From an uncultured Tateyamaria sp. (GTDB lineage Bacteria > Pseudomonadota > Alphaproteobacteria > Rhodobacterales > Rhodobacteraceae), in the NCBI GenBank assembly GCA_947501275.1, contig CANMVD010000009.1, forward strand, positions 9,925-73,924: a DNA stretch of 64,000 bases, given 5' to 3'. Made by a program: the position numbers and the translations under genes. The notes under the pieces are model-generated. The model was not told the DNA's origin. It worked only from the letters and a program-made list of their open reading frames with translations, and searched no databases. Shown here in pieces: positions 57,760-64,000 of the stretch (positions are counted from its first letter, which is position 1; each line of letters starts with the position of its first letter).

Positions 57760-58626
57760 TCAGAACCACTGCCCGGGTTCCATCAGCCCAAGATCCAGCA
57801 ATTGACGCGAGTGCCATTCAAAGGGGGCCGAGTTGTGCCACTTGAATGTTTCGATGTCATATGTGCTGCCGGGATTCAGCTTGAGCGCCTTGGCCGTACG
57901 GAAGGAACAGATCGCCGAAGTCAGATTGTGGTGCCACTGACAGGCATAGGTGTTGTATTCTTCGTCATTAAACGTGTGATCGTCGCGTAGTTTCAAACCG
58001 GCCTTAGTGCGGAACATGGAAATTCGGTCGATCTTGCGCCGAGCGGTTGGCACGTGTTCTTCGTAGCGCCAGCGCAATCCTCCGTAAAAGTCGAGCTGCC
58101 GTTCCTTTGGATGGCCCTTTTCGTCCGGGCGCGCCAATGCGTAATAACCGGATCGATCCAGGTGGGCACGGTCCAGCGACACGGCGTTCTGATGCGTCCA
58201 CAGATCATCTGAATAAAGATCGACCACATAGGTCAGCATCGCATCCCGACGCTCTTCTGTATGGAATGCCAGCATCTCACCCACGGTTCGCGTCTCGCAA
58301 AACGGGTGGAACAAGTATTCCGCGTTATAACAGTAATACATCCAGGTACCGGCGGGCACGGCCTCGATCAGCGCATTGACGGCCGTTTCGGTCGCGCGAT
58401 CCTGGGACATATCGTAATTGATCCGTACGACATCCTCTTGCAGATCGCGCGCCAGAGTGAAATCCGCAGGCATACAGGCGATGACATGCGCAAAGCCTGC
58501 CTGTTGATGGTGACGAAGGGTTGTGTCCACCTCAACCTCGTCTTCAACAAGGATGAGAGCAACAGGCCCTTTCCGAGGCACCGCGCTTGGGTCCTTTGCA
58601 AAACTGGTCAGACTGTCAAACTGCAT
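57760..58626 (-). CDS. Hypothetical protein resembling GT2/GT-A-fold proteins with an altered DxD
   Basis: LRHHQQAGF..VI, WMYYCYNAEYLFHPF (cf. DADEF); assignment tentative. Confidence 0.55.
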   Translation of the reverse strand: MQFDSLTSFAKDPSAVPRKGPVALILVEDEVEVDTTLRHHQQAGFAHVIACMPADFTLARDLQEDVVRINYDMSQDRATETAVNALIEAVPAGTWMYYCYNAEYLFHPFCETRTVGEMLAFHTEERRDAMLTYVVDLYSDDLWTHQNAVSLDRAHLDRSGYYALARPDEKGHPKERQLDFYGGLRWRYEEHVPTARRKIDRISMFRTKAGLKLRDDHTFNDEEYNTYACQWHHNLTSAICSFRTAKALKLNPGSTYDIETFKWHNSAPFEWHSRQLLDLGLMEPGQWF

Positions 58627-58744
58627 CACGCAACGCCTTTGCACCACTTGATGTATAAATGCGGTTAAACCGTCCTTCATTGCAAGATGTCTGAGCCCCT
58701 GTTAGATCGCGCATCTGATCCCGCGCCAATTCCGGACCCTTGCC

Positions 58745-60067
58745 ATGACCACGCCAAAGAAGCTGTTTATCAAGACCTACGGTTGTCAGATGAACGTCTA
58801 TGACAGCGAACGCATGGCCGAAGCCCTTGGCGGGCAGGGTTATGTTGAGACAAAGACGCCGGATGATGCTGACATGATCCTGCTCAACACTTGTCATATC
58901 CGGGAAAAAGCAGCCGAAAAGGTCTATTCCGAATTGGGCCGCTTCAAAGGATTGAAGGCTGAAAATCCAGATCTGAAGATCGGGGTTGCGGGTTGTGTCG
59001 CGCAGGCCGAAGGCCAAGAGATCATGCGCCGCCAGCCGATGGTTGATCTGGTGGTTGGTCCACAAAGCTATCACAGGCTGCCAGAGATGGAGGCCAAGAC
59101 CCGCGCCGGGGAAAAGGCCCTTGAGACCGACTTCCCCGAAGAAGACAAATTCGAGCGATTGAAGAACCGCCCCAAGGCACAACGTGGGCCGACAGCGTTT
59201 CTGACGGTGCAAGAGGGCTGTGACAAGTTCTGCGCGTTTTGCGTGGTGCCCTACACCCGTGGGGCCGAAGTGAGCCGCCCGGCTGCGCGCATCGTTGACG
59301 AAGCACGCGATCTGGTTGAGCGCGGCGTGCGCGAAATCACGTTGCTGGGGCAAAATGTGAATGCTTATCACGGCGCCGGGCCGGACGGGTCAGACTATAC
59401 ACTGGCCAAGTTGATCTGGGATCTGGACAAGGTGGACGGGCTGGAGCGGATCCGGTTTACAACCTCGCACCCCAACGACATGACCGATGAACTGATCGAG
59501 GCGCACGGCACCTGTTCCAAATTGATGCCATACCTGCATCTGCCGGTACAGTCGGGCAGCGATCGGATTCTCAAGCGCATGAACCGCAGTCACACGGCAG
59601 AAAGCTATCTGCGTCTGATCGAACGCATCCGTGAAGCGCGCCCCGACATCCTGATGTCCGGGGATTTCATCGTTGGCTTCCCCGAGGAAAGCGATGCTGA
59701 TTTTCAGGATACGCTCGATCTGGTCGAAGAGGTGAACTATGGCTACGCGTATTCGTTCAAGTATTCGACGCGGCCCGGCACACCTGCGGCTGAACGGGCC
59801 CAAGTTGATCCCGCTGTGGCGGATGACCGACTGCAACGGCTTCAGGCGCTGATCACCCGCCAGCAGCGGGCAATCCAAGACGGGATGGTTGGGCGCACAG
59901 TCAGTGTTCTGTTTGAAAAGCCGGGGCGCTTGCCCGGGCAAATGGGTGGCAAGAGCGAATACCTGCATGCCGTGCATGTCGCTGACGCTAGGGTTGAACG
60001 AGGCGATATCGCCAAGGTGAGAATCATCGGCGCCGAATCGAACTCGCTTGCGGGAGAACTGCTCTGA
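58745..60067 (+). CDS. miaB: tRNA (N6-isopentenyl adenosine(37)-C2)-methylthiotransferase
   Basis: [29 protein letters not shown] radical-SAM motif, TRAM domain. Confidence 0.97.
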   Translation: MTTPKKLFIKTYGCQMNVYDSERMAEALGGQGYVETKTPDDADMILLNTCHIREKAAEKVYSELGRFKGLKAENPDLKIGVAGCVAQAEGQEIMRRQPMVDLVVGPQSYHRLPEMEAKTRAGEKALETDFPEEDKFERLKNRPKAQRGPTAFLTVQEGCDKFCAFCVVPYTRGAEVSRPAARIVDEARDLVERGVREITLLGQNVNAYHGAGPDGSDYTLAKLIWDLDKVDGLERIRFTTSHPNDMTDELIEAHGTCSKLMPYLHLPVQSGSDRILKRMNRSHTAESYLRLIERIREARPDILMSGDFIVGFPEESDADFQDTLDLVEEVNYGYAYSFKYSTRPGTPAAERAQVDPAVADDRLQRLQALITRQQRAIQDGMVGRTVSVLFEKPGRLPGQMGGKSEYLHAVHVADARVERGDIAKVRIIGAESNSLAGELL

Positions 60068-60251
60068 CCCACTAAATATTGAGGTTATCCCCAGATTTTC
60101 ATGTGTTCGGCCGTTGTTGGACAACTAAATGTGGGGGAATCGGGTTCACAGGTCCAAAAATATTCCTTAACGTGACGTGAGCGGGTAGCGCGCTTGGTGC
60201 TTTTGCACATGTTCGGTGCTGCTTGGGGGATAGTTACAAAAAAGGACACGA

Positions 60252-60869
60252 GTGGTGGGACTTTCGATTACAAAATCCTTTGGACGGGCTTGTGCCGTTG
60301 CTGCGGCAGGCGCCATCGCCTTGTCGTCTTTGGCCATGACCGCACCGGCTGCTTATGCACAAGAAGGCGGCTTGGGCGGCATTCTGGACCGCGACGCTGC
60401 TCCGGGCGAGCGCGAACCATACATTCCGGGTATCTGGGTCGACCCTGATGGGTGCGAACACTGGGTAATGGATGACGGCTTTGAAGGGTTCATGACCCCT
60501 CACGTGACGCGCCAGGGTATCCCCGTCTGCCAACGCGGAAACACGTGCGGTGTGATGAGCTCGGATCAGTTCTTTGCGACAAACTCATCGAAAATTCACC
60601 GCGCAGGCCAGCAGCGTCTTGAGGAATTCTTCCGCACAGCCGGAGCGACCAGCTACATCATCGCAGGACATACGGACAGCCGCGCATCGGATGAATACAA
60701 CATTCGCCTGTCGCAAAACCGCGCCAACGCGGTTGCCGCTGTCGCGCAGCGTGCCGGGGCTCGTATCGCTGATGTCCGGGCATATGGTGAGCGTCTTCCG
60801 GTTGCCTCCAATCGCACCAAACGTGGGCAGGCCGCAAACCGCCGCGTTGAAATTATCTGCATTCGCTGA
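60252..60869 (+). CDS. OmpA C-terminal-domain protein with an N-terminal GxWxDPxGC domain
   Basis: GHTDS, YN..LSQNRA.AV, YGE..PVASN....G.A.NRRVEI. Confidence 0.92.
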   Translation: MVGLSITKSFGRACAVAAAGAIALSSLAMTAPAAYAQEGGLGGILDRDAAPGEREPYIPGIWVDPDGCEHWVMDDGFEGFMTPHVTRQGIPVCQRGNTCGVMSSDQFFATNSSKIHRAGQQRLEEFFRTAGATSYIIAGHTDSRASDEYNIRLSQNRANAVAAVAQRAGARIADVRAYGERLPVASNRTKRGQAANRRVEIICIR

Positions 60870-60880
60870 GGGGTAAGCCA

Positions 60881-61213
60881 ATGAACATTATCAAGATTTC
60901 AATGGCTTGTGCGCTGATTGCGGGTGTGTCCGCATGTGGCGACATCACTGGCGAAGCTGGCGGCGGTCGGGTCAACACCAACAAGACCATCGACTATGGA
61001 CAGGGCAACCGTGAAAAACCGTTGAGCGAATTGTCAGCAGGTGTATGGATTGACCCCAACGGCTGTGACCACTGGATCATCGATGACGGTATCGAAGGAT
61101 ACCTGTCTCAGCGTCTAGACAAGTTCGGCAAGCCTGTGTGTTCCGGCGTTGGCAATCCCGGTGACATTGTCGGACCGTTCCAAGGCAACCAGACAATCAA
61201 CGATCCAATCTGA
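60881..61213 (+). CDS. Lipoprotein sharing the GxWxDPxGC domain with the adjacent OmpA protein
   Basis: Lipobox VSAC; GVWIDPNGCDHWIIDDGIEGYL...GKPVC. Confidence 0.8.
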   Translation: MNIIKISMACALIAGVSACGDITGEAGGGRVNTNKTIDYGQGNREKPLSELSAGVWIDPNGCDHWIIDDGIEGYLSQRLDKFGKPVCSGVGNPGDIVGPFQGNQTINDPI

Positions 61214-61236
61214 TTTGTTGCACACCCACACACAGT

Positions 61237-61273
61237 GGCCGGAGCGCAGATCGCGCCCCGGCCTTTTTTGTTT
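61237..61273 (+). terminator. Rho-independent terminator
   Basis: GGCCGGAGCGC-AGATC-GCGCCCCGGCC followed by TTTTTTGTTT. Confidence 0.75.
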
Positions 61274-61361
61274 CAATTGTATGAAAACAGGATGCGGGGC
61301 GTTGCACCCGTCCTTTGAACTTGCAACCCTTGGCCAAACACAAGACTCAAAGGAGTAGGTA

Positions 61362-62354
61362 TTGACCCTTGATCAACCGCCCAAAGAAGTGGTTTTGGAA
61401 TTCCCCGACAATCGGCTGCTGATTGATCTGTGTGGCCCTTATGATCAGCATCTCACGGCAGTTGAGACAGCCCTTGATATCCAGATCATCCGGCGTGGCA
61501 ACGTCTTGGCCATCATGGGCGAGGACGAGGCCCAGAAGCGCGGCGCCGATGTGCTTAACTCGCTCTATTTGCGGCTGGAGGCGGGCAAGGATGTCGAACC
61601 TGCTGATGTTGATCGCGAATTGCGCATGGGCGGTGCCGAGGAAGGCACAGGGACCCAAGCGGGCGATCAGTTGGAAATGCCCGTCGGTAACCGGATCGAG
61701 ATCAAGACCCGCAAGAAACTGGTCGAACCTCGCACAGACGCCCAAAAGGCGTACGTGCAGTCGTTGTTCGACAATGAGATGGCTTTTGGCATCGGACCTG
61801 CGGGGACGGGCAAGACCTATCTCGCCGTGGCAGTGGGCGTGTCGATGTTTATCTCGGGCCACGTGGATCGGATCATCCTGTGTCGCCCCGCGGTCGAAGC
61901 TGGCGAGCGGTTGGGCTTTTTGCCCGGCACCCAAGAGGAGAAAGTCGACCCCTACATGCAGCCGCTTTACGACGCGCTGAATGACTTTTTACCGGGCAAG
62001 CAGTTGGCCAAGCTGAAAGAGGAAAAGACGATCGAGATTGCACCGCTTGCCTTTATGCGCGGGCGGACCCTGAGCCGGGCCTTTGTCGTGCTGGACGAAG
62101 CCCAAAACGCGACAACCATGCAGATGAAGATGTTTCTGACACGTTTGGGCGAGGGATCGCGGATGGTGATCACCGGGGATCGCACCCAGATCGATTTGCC
62201 ACGTGGTGTGCCGTCGGGGTTGCAAGATGCTGAGCGTTTGCTGTCCTCGGTGCCCAAGATCAGCTTTAACTATTTCACGTCCAAGGATGTTGTGCGCCAC
62301 CCACTGGTCGCCGCCATCATCGAGGCATATGAGGCCGATCCGCAGGCAGGGTAA
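61362..62354 (+). CDS. phoH: PhoH family protein (YbeZ-like)
   Basis: GPAGTGKT, RPAVEAGE.LGFLPG, APLAFMRGRT, DEAQN, GD..Q.D, VVRH. Confidence 0.95.
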   Translation: MTLDQPPKEVVLEFPDNRLLIDLCGPYDQHLTAVETALDIQIIRRGNVLAIMGEDEAQKRGADVLNSLYLRLEAGKDVEPADVDRELRMGGAEEGTGTQAGDQLEMPVGNRIEIKTRKKLVEPRTDAQKAYVQSLFDNEMAFGIGPAGTGKTYLAVAVGVSMFISGHVDRIILCRPAVEAGERLGFLPGTQEEKVDPYMQPLYDALNDFLPGKQLAKLKEEKTIEIAPLAFMRGRTLSRAFVVLDEAQNATTMQMKMFLTRLGEGSRMVITGDRTQIDLPRGVPSGLQDAERLLSSVPKISFNYFTSKDVVRHPLVAAIIEAYEADPQAG

Positions 62355-62469
62355 AGCAGGTTACGAGTATCCTGACCCGCATGACGCGGCCTGAAATCAA
62401 AGCGTTCAATGCTTCAGGTGACAGGCTCTGTTTCAGGCCGATTCAAAAGCACAACGGGCACAAATGAAA

Positions 62470-62493
62470 ACGGACGCCGCAAAGGGCGTCCGT
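62470..62493 (-). terminator. Terminator of the VPLPA-CTERM gene
   Basis: Minus strand ACGGACGCCC-TTT-GCGGCGTCCGT then TTTCATTT. Confidence 0.7.
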
Positions 62494-62517
62494 CTCAATC
62501 TCATATTGTGAAGACCT

Positions 62518-63291
62518 TTAGGTTTTCTGGCGACGGCGCATCCAACCAAATGCACCCAGCCCAGCCAACATCAGCGGCAGACCTGCGGGCAGTGGAACGG
62601 CACTGGGGTCTACCACAACGTCTTGTGTGATACCCGCATACAGAACGTTGTTTTGCGAGTAGTTGTAGAAGCCGAAAGCGCCATCCGTGAACGCAACGCC
62701 GCCATTGTCCGCTTGGGACCACGACAGCTCTGTTACGCCATCAACCTTCACTTCGATCAGACTGGATGTGAACGTCAGCGAGAACGTGTACTCTTGCGGA
62801 TCGACCCAGCCAGTGGAGCCGAGGTTTGTCGCACGCTGCACTTCGTTCACGGTGCCGATGTGGGCCCAGAAATCATTGGCTGGTGATCCAGTCAGATCGC
62901 CCGTGACATGGCTCAGCGACAGTCCAACAGACGCAGCACCCTGGTCGCGTTGTTTCCAATCGATCAGCCAGAAGTCAGCGTTTGTGCTGTCCATCTCGCC
63001 ATCCTGATATCCCAGAACAAAGCCGACGTAGTCGTCGTCACCGCTGCCCAGCACGTTGATCGTGCCTTGCAGTTCCTGACCTTGATCATTTGCACCGGGG
63101 TCAAAAAAGACAGTTGGCTGGCCGTTTGAGCTTTGCAGGACCGAGTCGTCGCCGCTTTGAACTGTCCAAGTCCCGGCGCCATTGTTCCCGCCGAGCCCGT
63201 TTTCAATCCAGCTAGTCAGGTTGACAGGCGCGGCAAACGCTGCGGCAGGCAATGCCGTCAAAAATGCCGCTGTAATAATTGAACGCATCAT
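62518..63291 (-). CDS. VPLPA-CTERM surface protein with thrombospondin C-terminal (TSP_C)-like domain
   Basis: Signal peptide; DDDYVGFVLGYQD, WKQ, GW.D..Y, FG...YSQ; C-terminal VPLPAG + TM + RRR sorting signal. Confidence 0.88.
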   Translation of the reverse strand: MMRSIITAAFLTALPAAAFAAPVNLTSWIENGLGGNNGAGTWTVQSGDDSVLQSSNGQPTVFFDPGANDQGQELQGTINVLGSGDDDYVGFVLGYQDGEMDSTNADFWLIDWKQRDQGAASVGLSLSHVTGDLTGSPANDFWAHIGTVNEVQRATNLGSTGWVDPQEYTFSLTFTSSLIEVKVDGVTELSWSQADNGGVAFTDGAFGFYNYSQNNVLYAGITQDVVVDPSAVPLPAGLPLMLAGLGAFGWMRRRQKT

Positions 63292-63536
63292 TGTTCAGTC
63301 TCCTAGTACGAATACGTGCCGTAAAATCTGCACTTTGAATGAATGCGTTAATATCTGCGCTGGCGAATGTTTGCCACAAATTTGTCTTGATTCACGCTTA
63401 TTTACTACTTCATGGGGAACTTCTGGAGTGTGGCCACGAAATTGTTTCTCGACAGTCTCCGAATCAGGTGCATCGCTCAGTATTGTTTCGTCTGCTTTGG
63501 GATTACCTATGTCGCCATCTGGGCTATAGCGGGCGC

Positions 63537-64000
63537 ATGATGGATGTCATGATCGAAGATGCGCGCTGGAGCGATGCTGGGCTGGAAGCCATCGTTGCCA
63601 AAGCGGCTGCGGCCATTTCGAACGCGCTGTCGATGCCGCTCGATGAGGCGGAGTGTGCCGTTTTGGCCTGTGATGATGCGCGTATTGCCGTTTTGAACAC
63701 TGAATTTCGTAACAAGCCCGTTCCCACCAACGTGCTCAGTTGGCCCGAAGAAGACCTTGCACCTGAGGAAGACGGTGCCGAGCCGGAACGCCCAACACCA
63801 GATCCTGATGGGGCATTGAGCCTCGGTGATATTGCCATTGCCTATGAAACCTGCGCGCGCGAGGCGTCAGAACAGGGCAAGCCGATGGACCATCACGTGA
63901 CCCATTTGATTGTTCATGGTCTCTTGCACCTGCTGGGTTATGACCATATCCGCAGCGGCGATGCGACGCGGATGGAGGCGTTGGAAGTCAAAATACTTGG
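63537..64000 (+). CDS. ybeY: rRNA maturation RNase YbeY (3' end outside window; absent from the ORF track)
   Basis: Translated by hand from ATG 63537: LNTEFRNK..PTNVLSWP, LGDIAIA, HGLLHLLGYDH. Confidence 0.93.
   Translation, partial: MMDVMIEDARWSDAGLEAIVAKAAAAISNALSMPLDEAECAVLACDDARIAVLNTEFRNKPVPTNVLSWPEEDLAPEEDGAEPERPTPDPDGALSLGDIAIAYETCAREASEQGKPMDHHVTHLIVHGLLHLLGYDHIRSGDATRMEALEVKIL

Noticed and set aside
1670-63420. Recurring TGGGG(A/C)A box upstream of envelope genes (1670, 20856, 20867, 60132, 63413)
   Set aside because: Too short and variably placed for a high-GC genome, and one similar instance (40150) is just an RBS; not distinguishable from chance by eye.

Overview
Chromosomal segment of a high-GC alphaproteobacterium. 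Gene content and order (fabA-fabB-fabI next to irr, miaB-ompA-phoH-ybeY, a VPLPA-CTERM protein, GGGGCTCTGCCCC-type REPs) point to Rhodobacteraceae/Roseobacter group; this is an inference, not a database result. Layout: 1-1.7 kb MBOAT acyltransferase module; 2-14.6 kb fatty-acid/branched-chain acyl-CoA degradation region with two MerR/LiuR-like regulators; 14.6-22.2 kb housekeeping (MATE, pyrD, 5'-nucleotidase, SRAP, gcdH); 22.4-39.9 kb a long co-directional catabolic-looking island; 40-46.9 kb nucleotide cyclase-FHA gene facing a pcaD/pcaB-like/MFS/ADH/enolase-superfamily operon; 47-57.6 kb HAD operon, fab genes, irr flanked by two Fe/2OG dioxygenases; 57.7-64 kb miaB, OmpA pair, phoH, a thrombospondin-C-terminal VPLPA-CTERM protein, ybeY (partial). 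The best candidate for an undescribed system is the 22.4-39.9 kb island. It has a perfect 22-bp LacI-type palindrome, a CUT1 ABC importer, four SnoaL/NTF2-fold genes (seven domains), a HisD/HpsN-like dehydrogenase of a distinct subfamily, an SDR, a mid-operon LacI, a bicupin, a flavin-binding PNPOx-like protein, a single-barrel MetE-like Zn enzyme and an RraA-like aldolase. I do not recognise this combination as any characterised pathway. I saw no rRNA, tRNA, CRISPR array, transposase or integrase. All family assignments come from motifs read by eye, without searches.
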